Positions 19,750 through 31,200 of a stretch of DNA of 64,000 nucleotides are shown in pieces; positions within the stretch are counted from its first letter, which is position 1; every line of letters begins with the position of its first letter. The position numbers and the translations under genes were made by a program. The notes below the pieces were generated by a model. The model was given only the letters and a program-made list of their open reading frames with translations. It was not told the DNA's origin and did no database searches. This DNA is from Balanoglossus misakiensis (Eukaryota > Animalia > Hemichordata), in assembly GCA_040954595.2 (NCBI GenBank), contig CM082576.2:10915129-10979128 (forward strand), read 5' to 3'.

Positions 19750-20543
19750 CATCACGTGGAATTTTCCGCCATGGCTTTGTCCGTGGGTACCGCACGTGTC
19801 CAATCGAGAGAGTCACATTGTAATTTAGTCACCGAGTTTTGCTAAATGTCTATACGCACACGACATGGATTGAAATGCCTGGTTCCGTCTTACCCGCTGA
19901 TCACAATAGGCCAATCGCAGTATGCCGTCATCAGATCGGGTGGGTCCCCATTCGAAACGTCCCATTGGTGGGGAAAGTCAGTCCACGCGCCCGTTAACAA
20001 AATCCAAATTCGCGCACCGGGCTGATGGAGCCTCGTAACGGGAACGTAATCACGTCCAAATAATTCCAGTGACCAAACCGGCGCGAAAATGGACTTTGAA
20101 ATCGGAAATGTAAATCTATTGAACACAAGTAGGGCAGATAAGAGCCAGGAAGCCTTGGGAAGGACTGCCCCTTTATCGATTGTAGCGAGAGGGCCCGATT
20201 CCCTCATCACCTCCGGAAGTGGCGTCAAAGTAGATTTTTCATCCCCATTACGTTATGATCATGAACTTCAGGGATAACCCTGGTTCCCCTTTTCGCGCTT
20301 CGCGGAAACTGGCATAGGTTGACTCATTGGCGATCTTCATCAACCTATCAGCCCTGTCGATGACGTAAAATTCATGTTGGCGGCTACTGGCGGAATCCGT
20401 TAAGTAAGCGAAGACAAGGGAAACCCCATCGAAATGCTTTTTTCAGTAATTGTTACAAAAATAAGTAAAAATAATTTCATGACGTTCTCAGTCTATAAAA
20501 CACGGGGCATGGAGACAGAAAGAAACATACTAAGAACTACCAG
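19750..20543 (+). promoter_or_regulatory. Proximal inducible-type promoter and short non-coding exon of the cytokine-like gene
   Basis: TATAAAA at 20494; kB site GGGAAACCCC at 20418; kB-like GGGATAACCC 20271, GGGAAAGTCA 19971 and GGAATTTTCC 19758; AP-1 TGACTCA 20320; TGACGTAA 20361; GAS TTCGCGGAA 20299; ETS CCGGAAGT 20213. Donor CAG|GTAATA at 20543/20544 and acceptor ttttcccgccAG at 20742, 13 nt before the ATG. Confidence 0.65.
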
Positions 20544-20755
20544 GTAATAATGAACATCTAGATGTCCGTGACAGAACAGAGAACTTTTTTGTAATCTGAA
20601 AAATGTTTTGTTTTCATCGTCACTACGAGTAACAACATGGAGGTATTCCGTTATTGCAGTGGAATACTGCCATGCACAGCTTTGCGGCTATCAACTGAAA
20701 AATTGCCTAACCACTCCTTATTTCCTCTCATTTTCCCGCCAGAAAAAGCCAAAGA

Positions 20756-23582
20756 ATGAACTACTTCAAAGTCACGGTGGCGTTGTGCATCCTTGGAGCC
20801 GCGCTGTTGGCCTTTGCCGCGCAGCCGGGAGAGGCGAAATCGCTGAACTCTCTCCTCCGACAGAGACGGTCGACACGGTGCCAGGCCGAGACGAACTTCT
20901 GCCAATATGTCGTCAACGATCCTGTCCACAACTGGGACTACTACCTCCACAACCTGCTGGCCGAATACGTGAGTATGGCGTTGGCACTCAAAGGGTCGCT
21001 CACTTTTCGCGGCATTATTTTAGTTTCTCTTGATTGCTCATTTATGTTGTTCAGTTCACTGAAATATTCTGTATGACCGGTAGTCGCAATAATTTTAACT
21101 CACGCCCTGTATATGCATATGACACAGGTGTACTTAGATCATTTAAAATTTGACTGTGTCTCCCTATTTATACGGAAATTAACCCGAATAAGCTTATGCA
21201 CGAGATTTCGTTTCGACCCACCACACGAAAAATGCGACTCAATCGTGAAAGTACAATCCTTGGTAATCGTTTTATCTGTCATGAATTGGAAGACTCCTCT
21301 ATCGCACAGGCGGCTACCACAAACTATCGTCAAGATTTGTCTTTTACAAAATAAAATGTACGCACCAATTGATTTTGGATCACTCAGACACAATGAGGAC
21401 GTCTCTGGTAAATATTAAATAACTAATAACCGTGTCCAAATTCCTTTTTTTACTCCTTACAGAAAGACAGACGCCAGCCCAAACCAATCTGGCAAAGACC
21501 TCCATCTGGTTTGTTGATCTATGATACCGATACCACCTGCTTCAATGCTATGAACGTAAGTTGTAATATTGCGCATATCAAAATTTCAACAGAATTAACT
21601 CGTTCCTCTCTCTCTCCGTACTTGGACCAATTTGTTTTTTGGGCTTGGCTACAGCCTTGATGAAGGCATAATCCTAATATCAAACGGAGGATGTCAGATT
21701 ATTTTATTTGCGCTGTAACTTTTTCGGATGTCACGGGAAAACCCAAGCGCGTACCGTTGGTGTTGTAATTAACAGGTGCCAACCTCAACGGTAATTGATT
21801 AGCAGGGATTGTACAACACCACATGTACAGGATATTATGTCACCTTGTTACACACACCTGTCGATAAAGTGAACAAAACTGGCCATACCGGTAGTACCTT
21901 TTTAACCGACCGCAGATGGATTACGCGCAGTGAGCAAAAATGTTCCATCTAAATTAACGTGGTTTGGCAAGGGCGATTTTTTTTACAGTTTCCATCAGTA
22001 GGCTCTCTGTCTTGGGGGGGGGGATTTGAGTCATCCAAGAGAGTATTTTATAAATAGCACCGGAAATCTACGACTGTCATGGAACTGGCTTATGAATCAT
22101 GAATGGATGGAGTGCGTATCATACGCGCGCTGTTGACCACAACAATAATCAGTGGGCAGGACAATACATGATTGTAAACTTCGACCTTTGGTATACGGCG
22201 CTTCTGAAGAGAACAAATAATGTGACTTACGAGTTCAGTAGCGTATAGCAGTCTTGCCTTGATTTCAATTTGGGGTGCAGAATTACCCGGTGGTCGTTCC
22301 GTCGAGAGGTTCTTCTTACACGAACTCTGTTGCTTTGTCATTGCAGAAGGTCGACCAGGCGTGGGTCCACCAGTGCGAGCAGTCCGACATGTTACCCTGG
22401 GTGGCCAGAATTGTTCAGGACGAGACGGGCAGAAGCGACAGCTTGAGGGACGACTTCGTCACGCTGCAGACGTACGTCAACAACACGGTCAAGACACTCG
22501 ACAGCTACGTAAGTCCGGTCTCCAATCTCGCGAGACTTCAACCTCATGAGTAACACTATTCAAATTTACAGTGAAACGACTGGTGGGATCGCCACCTATA
22601 CACAAACGAAATCCACACAAAACTGTGCAAGTAAAACACAAAACCGTCAATACAATCTAAAACCAGGATGTACATGTTTCATTCGCGTGAATGAAAACGG
22701 GTACAATGGGGTCTCCCAACAACACTTGACCCGTACTTAGCAACATATTATTACGTGATATCACGGGTCACCAGCGGTGTGGCCACACCAATTGCGAAAA
22801 GCTTGGATTTATCAAACAAACGGTCTACAAAATAAACGTCCGGGTTCTCTCTACAAAAGGAAGTTCCATATATATAATTTAGTATAAAATAAACCGCAGT
22901 GTAGACTCAAGTGTGAGTCGGGATGTAGGGTAACTTACATCTGATTTAATCAATTGGACAGCGAAGGTCTTTAGACCAAATAAACTTTAGTCACGTTCGT
23001 ATACAGAACTCCTTTTATAGAGCACTTTTTGTTATGAAAGGTTAGGCGAGGTGAAACAATTAACTTTTTATTACATGGCGATTTCGAAGTTGGCAGAGCA
23101 CCAACCTTTTGCATTGGGGAAGGCCTTTACTCTGTAGCTTTTTATAAACGCATTCTCATCTCGACGATTTCTTTCTTTCTATTTCCCAGATTGCACCAAT
23201 GACGGCATGCGACAGCTATTCAGAGAACAATGGCTGCACCATTGATGAAATGGTTCCTCCTCCCCGCGCATGCGTCTGGGTAAGTATTTTTGTCAATCCC
23301 CAGAATATAAACTGCCCAGCCACGCGAGATCTCTCAGGCTCTCGCGGCGTTCCGTAAATGGTCCATTCACGCAAATTTCGCGTTTGACCACTTCACTTCC
23401 GAAGGTATACTGTTTGTTAACTGCATATACGTTCTCGTTCTATCTTGACTCTGCAGGATAACTCTATCGCCGCCGAGAGGGACATTGACTACTACACTTC
23501 TGTCCTGGAGAGCCTGGAAAGCTCCGGCAGCAAGATGCAACAGACCTTCCAGCAGTTTCGCCTGCCCGACGGTACCTGTTAA
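20756..23582 (+). CDS. Secreted 227-aa protein; putative long-chain four-helix (IL-6/IL-11/LIF/CNTF-like) cytokine
   Basis: Five coding exons with canonical splice sites and all phase-0 introns: 20756-20968, 21463-21555, 22347-22508, 23190-23279, 23457-23582. Protein: MNYFKVTVALCILGAALLAFAAQPGEAKSLNSLLRQRRSTRCQAETNFCQYVVNDPVHNWDYYLHNLLAEY|KDRRQPKPIWQRPPSGLLIYDTDTTCFNAMN|KVDQAWVHQCEQSDMLPWVARIVQDETGRSDSLRDDFVTLQTYVNNTVKTLDSY|IAPMTACDSYSENNGCTIDEMVPPPRACVW|DNSIAAERDIDYYTSVLESLESSGSKMQQTFQQFRLPDGTC. Confidence is about 0.9 for the gene model and about 0.65 for the cytokine call. Confidence 0.8.
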
Positions 23583-24700
23583 GGGATGTTGTCTCCACCG
23601 ACCGCCCTCGCTAAAGTAATCTTTATAAATTTAGTCGTGTGTGTGTGTAGTTTAACGGTGATATTTATTCTTTTTTTAAGTTATTGTTATTTGTAGGCAT
23701 TTCTTCAGCGAGACAAGTGTGAGTCATTATTTTCCCGAAAAGAAACAAACCGACCGTGTAAGAGTGAGCCGTTGTTTTGTCAATACGATTGATCGAAATT
23801 AATTCGTAAAAATGTTGAAATTGAAATAATCCAGATAATTTCAACGCAGGTCTATCCTAATTATTGGTTTGAAATGAGAGAGAAAATTGGAGGTAAAAAT
23901 TGAGCGACCTTCTTTAAATCGAAACAAAAATCCTTGACAAAACATTGGCAAGCTCTGAGTCTTAATTTTAAGTTGCTTGATTTCAAGCGATTTTCAGTGA
24001 TATCCCATGGATATGATCTGCAGAGGTTGGACGTAATTCCTAACCTCTATTAAAATTGTGAAATATAGGCTATAGCAAATTCTCTGACCCAGTCAACCGG
24101 GGTTCTAATCATTCTATTGTTTGATTCATTTTCGCTCTGTCTGTTGTTGTTCAAACGCGTCAACACCAAAACAAGTGTGATTTTTTTCATGATTCCCCGC
24201 GGCGTACAAAGCATGACCGCAAGTCTTTTATATAGTCTACGTTTCACAATTGGCCTATATTAGGCTTTTGAAACAACAGTATTTAATTAGTGTGATGATT
24301 TGCTAGGAAATGAAGTTTCCCACAATCATTGCAAGACTGCTTTAATTCTTGCCAAAACAGTAGCATTGTTACATTCAAATTTATCCGCCCAGTCTGTAGT
24401 CGTATTAGATTTTAAGAATAGAGTTTGCTTTAAAAGACATATAAGATGTAGTCGTTTAGTTGTGTGTTGATATATTTAAAATGTATTTATATTTTAACTT
24501 ATTTAGAAGTTTGCGGTGTAATTATTTCATAGTACCAGTAAGTTTGAAAGTGTTATTTTATCAGCGTCAAGTATTCAATGCATAATCTAGTTTCTTTTAA
24601 AAACTTAGATGTGTAGAGCATTTTGAAAAAGAAGTACAATCCCAATTTGTGATGGGTTTCTGAAAACGGCATTGTAATAAAATATTAGCGTTACAAATTA
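23583..24700 (+). promoter_or_regulatory. AU-rich 3'UTR of the cytokine-like gene with AUUUA elements and a polyA signal
   Basis: ATTTA at about 23629, 23663, 24281 and 24379, a cluster at 24474, 24485 and 24501, and AATAAA at 24676. Confidence 0.55.
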
Positions 24701-25816
24701 TATATCTGTCTCTGGTCTTGTTTGTTTTTGAATATTACGCTATTTATAGTAAGTTGGGATGACCATTCGCGAACATTTTGCAATGGAGGTGTATCTCATC
24801 TTCAGAAAGCTGCCTGTAGAAATTCCCAGCCTGTTTTTAGCCCACTTTATTTTAACGTCCAACTGACCCAACTGTTTTGACTCAGTCGTCACAATGAGCA
24901 ATATGATTCAGACATCGCCGCTGTAGATTATCGAGTAAACTATCACATTATCAAACAATTTGTGAACGTGAAAAAAACTTCCTTGTCGAAGACGTGTAAT
25001 ATTGGCAGGGCAGAAGCTTCATGTGACATCACTGGATTTTTGAATTCCCCGAAAATTTCCCGTCCGTGTTTTACCTGGTCGAGCCCCATAATAGGAGTTG
25101 AGTATACCGTGACCTGAAGACCAGAGGTGCCTATTCGGGTAGAATATACCAGCATAGCAACAGAGATTTGAGTGGCTGCATTAGGGTACTGGACTCGCGA
25201 CATTTCGCGAACCACACAATTGACCATTGTATGCCTACCACCTGTATGAGCCAGGATTCCAGTAAAGAGAAGACGTACGTGCACGCCGACGTATTGTGGG
25301 CCGGGTCGTCCATAGCGTCTCCCCCGATTCAGTTACTTTTACAAAATCACACACAGGAATCGGTGTGATATACGATGACGAGATCGAAACTGACCACATC
25401 CGTGAAGCAACTGAAACGACTTAGGCCTACAGCATCCTTAGGGAGTCGGCGCAGTAAGGTCAAGACGCGACGACGATGACGTCGACGGGTCTGAACGCAC
25501 CCATGAAGACATTGAATTGAACTTTTGACAAGGTGATAAACTGAGGTAGTAAATTAAGGTAATAAGAAAGTAATACATAACAGATATTCAATACGTTAAC
25601 AATAAATAAATTTAGACGACACAATGTATGAATGGTGTCAATGTACGCCCGACAACAAACTACGCCAGAATAAAAACAAAGGCATTTCCATTATGTCCAG
25701 ATGTGGCGCAATGTTGCCAGCTGATATCTAGCAGAAAACCGGAACTGATGGCTTCCTGATTTTCAAGGTTTGACTCTCGTCTCGTCATCGGAGAAGAATT
25801 AAAAGTTCCATTCCAA

Positions 25817-26939
25817 ATGTGCGTGGACTGCATCAAACAACAATGTCCCGACAGGGTACGTATTCTTCGCTAGGTACAGGTAAACCATGCATCATGGATT
25901 CTCCGAGAGTCGATGGTCCCATTGGCTGTTTTGATGACTGTATCTGTGCCATTTGCACTTCCTACAAAATTCAGGCGATTTCGTCCCTTCCACTGTCGCT
26001 TGTTTAATGTTATTAGGTATTCTTACGCCGGGGCCTAGGTAGCTGTTGCTGCAGTTTTGTGGCCCCACAACACCCCTTGAAATCGTCAAGGGGAGTCGTG
26101 GGGCTACAAAACAGCAGCAACTGCTCTCACCCACATTCCAATCCAACACTGGCATATTATTACATATATTACAACACTCTTTTTTTGCAGGGAAGTCTGT
26201 GTCTAGACACTGGTGCTTACTTGCTGAATTTTCAAGGATGTTCAGAGTGCAAAACCAAAGAACCGCTGGAAATCCAAGACAGACATGAAGAGACACAAGA
26301 TGATGGGGAGGAAACCGTCACGTACCAACGTATGTATGCATGCAGTAATAGTCTGGGATCAATGGTAGTCTGTAGAAATCACACATGATACACACCAAGG
26401 AGACTTTGTGTGCAAGTCAATGGATGTAATTAATGACATGCCAATTCTGAAACTCTTACAGCGTTGTCACCTTTTGGAGTGTGATGTTTTTTTCTCAACT
26501 ACAATGTATCTCATTATTTTCTTGTTTGCAGACATCTGTCCAAACTGCAAGCATGTTGTAGCAGAGCACAGCTATACATTCAGTGTGGAAGATGACTTTC
26601 AGGTATGTAAACAAACAAACAAAGTCAATTTCAGGAAAGAAAGAGAACAACACAACCATATTCTGTGTCGACACAAGTCATAGTTGTCGCCGATTCTTTG
26701 CAACTGTGCATGCATTGCCAAAAGCTGACAATTCATCATGAGCAATATTTAGTGACATATCATCCCCAACTTTCTTCTCCTGGTGCCATCTGACTGTAAT
26801 CCACATTCACCCAAACAATTTTCAACTTTTGTTTTGTACTGTACAGGAATACCAGATGTTCTGCATGTTGTGTGGCAGAGGGACTGACACAGTCAGTGTT
26901 TTGCCAAATGATCCCAGGAAGCAACAAGCGCTCTTCTGA
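25817..26939 (+). CDS. CHURC1: Protein Churchill (zinc-binding), 113 aa, 4 exons
   Basis: Exons 25817-25855, 26191-26329, 26532-26602, 26847-26939 give [33 protein letters not shown]...[57 protein letters not shown], which has the Churchill Cys/His pattern and C-terminal motif. Confidence 0.96.
26041..26125. repeat. Inverted repeat/hairpin, 40-nt arms and 5-nt loop, in CHURC1 intron 1
   Basis: Arms 26041-26080 and 26086-26125 are reverse-complementary at 35 of 40 positions. Confidence 0.85.
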
Positions 26940-28223
26940 CATGGACCGTCGGACAAAAGCAAGAAAACTGGCTTTCTTGTGATGGCGGTGAACTCTGATG
27001 CTGCTGGTATTATACAGAAGCACATGATGTCTGTGTATTCAAAGTGTGCCCGCCGCGACACAAAAAGACAAAACAACGAGAAAAGATATACAAATGCAAA
27101 GATTGTTTTATTTTCTTGAAATATCTGGACAAATTTACGACATCGAGTAGAGTTTTACTGACGATAGATGCAGCTTTTATATACCGATACTTGATATTTC
27201 GGTTCATATCTCTCACAGGGATTGTAAATATGCAAACAAATCACCATATTGTGTAATACAACTGATATATCAGAAGTGCGGACAATGTTTATGGGGTGTC
27301 CAACGTTTAGTCAAACGGCAGTACTGTACATCCAAGAGCCAATGCCTATTTGGTCAAGTACTGTGCCTTGTCAGTATTGAGTTGACTATGATTTTCAAAA
27401 TACGCCATCACAGAACCTGTATGGAATTTATTTTCACTGTCATTATAACAAAATGAATGTACTTTTAAGAAAGAATAAAATGTAAACTGAAATATTGAAT
27501 GGTGTGATTTCAGTGGTGGAATTATGGACAGAGTGCATGCTGACTTGAGGTTATCTTCCAGATCTGCGCACACAACTTTTCAAGTGTCATAGATGTATCT
27601 ACAAATAATTGCTGTGTGTCTGTTGATACGATGGTTTTTCACGAAAATGGACACAGAACAGTAAAGCTGCCCATTGCAACTTCATTGGTATAAAAATTGA
27701 TCAAATGCATAGGAGTATCCAAAAGATTTGTCTGTGAACAGCAACAAGGAGGGGAGGAGAGATAAATTGCACTGCAGAAAGAGTGGTGAATGCATGATGA
27801 GGTTGTGTGATTTTCAGAAGAGCTGCTTCCATGAGTGATTGCCGTAATCTCTCATGTAACCTTCACTGTTGGCAGGTGCTTTCAAAAAGACAGTCTTGAA
27901 AGAACTTATTCCATGATATTGACCGCTCCATGTATTGTTGTTTTCGTTCACTTATTCCAGCGAATTAATTAGAAGCCTTGGCCCATCAGTGGAATGTTAT
28001 CACAATTCTGAGATCCAAAGATGTCAAAATTGCAGTATACACGACAGGGTTGATGAAGGCCACGACTTTCATTTCAAAGCCCTTGATGTGGCACAGTGTT
28101 TCATCACAGACTTTCTAGCTGCCAGACAGCGACAGACCAATTTCCTCTCCACAAAGCGAATGCATTCTGCGATGCACATTGTCAATCAAAGCAGGGTGAT
28201 GATGACCAATTGAGCCTTTATTG

Positions 28224-31200
28224 CTACGGTGTCACTTTGAATCCTGTCAACAGATACCCACTGCTGCCACTCATCATGTTTTCTGGATGTGTTCTTCTTG
28301 GCAACACCTGCAACGCAGAAAAACATTCAGACTATTGCCTCTACTTTTAGAGGATGGTCATTTTAAACACAAAACACTGAATTGCAAATTGCTGATATGT
28401 CTCTATACTCTAAAAGTCGCTATCAACTCTTGAGATTTTCACGGGTGTTTTGACAGTTTCAAACTTCATGTTATTAAAATTATACTCCCCCGAAGTGATT
28501 CTGTATGATTTTGAACCTTGTTCAACAAATGTAACCTTCCATACCTGATACTCCCGTAGCCAGTTCTCTGTAATCTTCACGTTGACAGTCTCTTTGCTCT
28601 CCCGCAACTTCCCGAAACATTCGTACAGCGGCTGGAGATGAAATGGGATGTCATTTTTCGTTTTCAACAATCAGACAATTGTACCAAAATTTAGTGTGAA
28701 TTTGCTAATGATAACAGAAATGCAGGTTAACTCCCACCACCTCTATCACAGACATTTCGCTCATAACGAGCATGTTTCAATTATCCACATCAAGAGATGT
28801 TTGGCAACAAGTTTGCCAGCAAAACACTTCAGTTTGTTTCTCACCTCAATGTACTGGCTGTACACCATGAATGGTCTGGACGGCGCTAGGAAATCCAACA
28901 GTTTCATCACAATGGGACACGGGTCATATTTGCTGGCTATGATAAGTCTGTATTATGGGAGAGAGAGAGAGAGAAGAAACACGCAAAAGATCATGCTTAG
29001 AATGCATAATGTGCAGAATTGCGAGATTTGACAACAGCCACCAACAATCAACTAAGGCATTATGACCTCACTCTTTGTATCTGAATGAATGTACTTACAC
29101 ATCAAAGTCTCCCTGTTCTACTACATTCCTGGCCGCCTCTAACTGTTGTCTCCGCTTCTCCTTTTTGGCCAATCTCTCCGGGTTCTGAAAACAATTAAAA
29201 TGTTGAGAAAAAAAAAGTACAGTTTGTGACAGTACAATCTAAATGCCTATAGACTAAAGCTGGCAAAAAGAACAATATAACATACGTTTACATCTTCCTG
29301 ACTTTGCCATTGAAATGTTTTCTAATGCCAATAAACTACACATTACTTACCACTGGTCTCTTTTGTCCTCTTGGTGAAGCAGGAGCAGTTTCCTCATCCA
29401 CTGCTGAACTTGCTTCAGCCTCATCTGTTGCCATGGTTACATCCTCATCATTGCTGGAAGAGTCCTTCTCCTCTTCTGTTTTCACAGCGGCAGCAGCTTC
29501 ACTGCCTATGTTCTCCTCCTCGGTGTCAGACACAGTCTCCTCGCCACTTACTTTCCTGGAGTCAGTCCCACTGTCCTTGACATCATCGCCGACTTTCCCA
29601 CATCCGCTTTCTACATCGCTCGTCCATCTCGCATCACCACCGACTCGCTTGCTGCCAATCCCTGCATCACTAGTTTCCATGGCAACGCTAGGATCGGCTG
29701 CACCGTCACCTTCCTCAGTCTTCAATCTTTTTACCTCTCTCTCCCCGTCATCAGGTGCAGCCTGCGAAGCTGACTGCACCGGTGTCCTTTCATCAGATTT
29801 CTCGGCTGCAGGCTGAATTTTTAGGCTGTTCGCCTTGTTCAACGGAAAACTGTGAAGTATCTGGAAGAATTCTTTGGGGAAATTGAAACCATCCATGGAG
29901 GTCCTCACAGGTGCTTCGCCATGGTACATGTGTACAAGAGTGCCAAGCCCTGAAATCAAACAAGGTATTTCATAGTTGGTTTGACCAGACCACGACATGA
30001 CAACGGGACTGGACCTCACCTTGGTGGTGGCAGGGTCAAAATCTTTCTACAGATGTTAAAACAAGCAACTTGAGGGAGTATGTATGAATTATTTTCAGTA
30101 TTCTGCAGTTACTTTATGTGGCAGAAGTTTATAACCAGTACGGCTTCCAAAAGCTCACCTCCCATTCTGTCCATGACGGCTCCAAGTAGAAGTCCCATGC
30201 AGCTTTCCACAACCATGGCTTTCATGTTTGCATGAACGTTGCTGAGAGTTAATATCTGGCCCATTGTGTCGTTGCGAAGAAAACTGAGAAATGAACAGAA
30301 TTATCACCATGGGTTTTCCTGCACTATCACAACCTATGATATTATTTACATGTTAACAGTTAATTAAAGGTTGCAACACCCACGAGCATTACAGTGTTCA
30401 CCCTTAAATGAATGAATTGGCAACTGGCACCCCACTTACACGACTTTCGGTGATACTTTGCTCTGGTACATTTCACACATCAATCTCGTGGTTGGTCTCA
30501 GAATGGTGAACAGAGGAATGTGCCTGTTGAGGGAAGCATGTTAAAAAATATCAGACACTAATAAGAAGTTTAAATCCACCAGAATCACCACTTCAAAGCA
30601 TCCCTACAAGACTATAGTCAATAGACACTTCTCATATGGTAAATTGAAACTTAAATCTCTATTAGCTGAAACTTTTGACTATTTTTATGTACAGTAAAAA
30701 ATGTACTTACTTTTGCTTTTTCTTTTTGATGTATTTTTCTTGAGAATAAATATTCTTCTCTTTAAAAGTTGCACTGTTCTCAACAATCTGATCAATCAAC
30801 TCCTGTAACATTGAAAAAACAGGAGGAAGTATTTCACTGATGCCTGTTGCTGTAAACATACTTCATACAAAAAACAAGCATTTCTCACTTTCACATAAAG
30901 TTGAAGTTAACTAGGTTTTCATTCCCTAATATGTTATCTCTCTTACCTCTCCTTTCATTCCATCTTTCTTCAATGCCATGATCTCATCCTGTGATAACTT
31001 TTGTGCCGTGTTGTCATCAACTATGTTTCTGTTGTCACCGACATCATGAATGTCTGGCAAAAAAGCAACAGTTGAAGTACTCAATAATACATACAGTCAC
31101 TACATATTGGGAAGTACATAGTACAAATAAGACCATTAGCCATTTCCTCTGTGACAGCATTGACTCCGTAGTATATCTGTGATCGAGGCCCCGTTAAGAT

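Noticed and set aside
24943-25370. Minus-strand ORFs (113 and 60 aa) upstream of Churchill
   Set aside because: No recognisable domain and no consistent downstream exons; cannot be supported as a gene.
25372-25495. Possible C/D-box snoRNA (ATGACGA ... CTGA)
   Set aside because: Imperfect box C, no terminal stem, no recognisable rRNA antisense element, and not intronic.
29304-29816. 170-aa Ser-rich plus-strand ORF
   Set aside because: Antisense shadow of the long TRMT6 exon.
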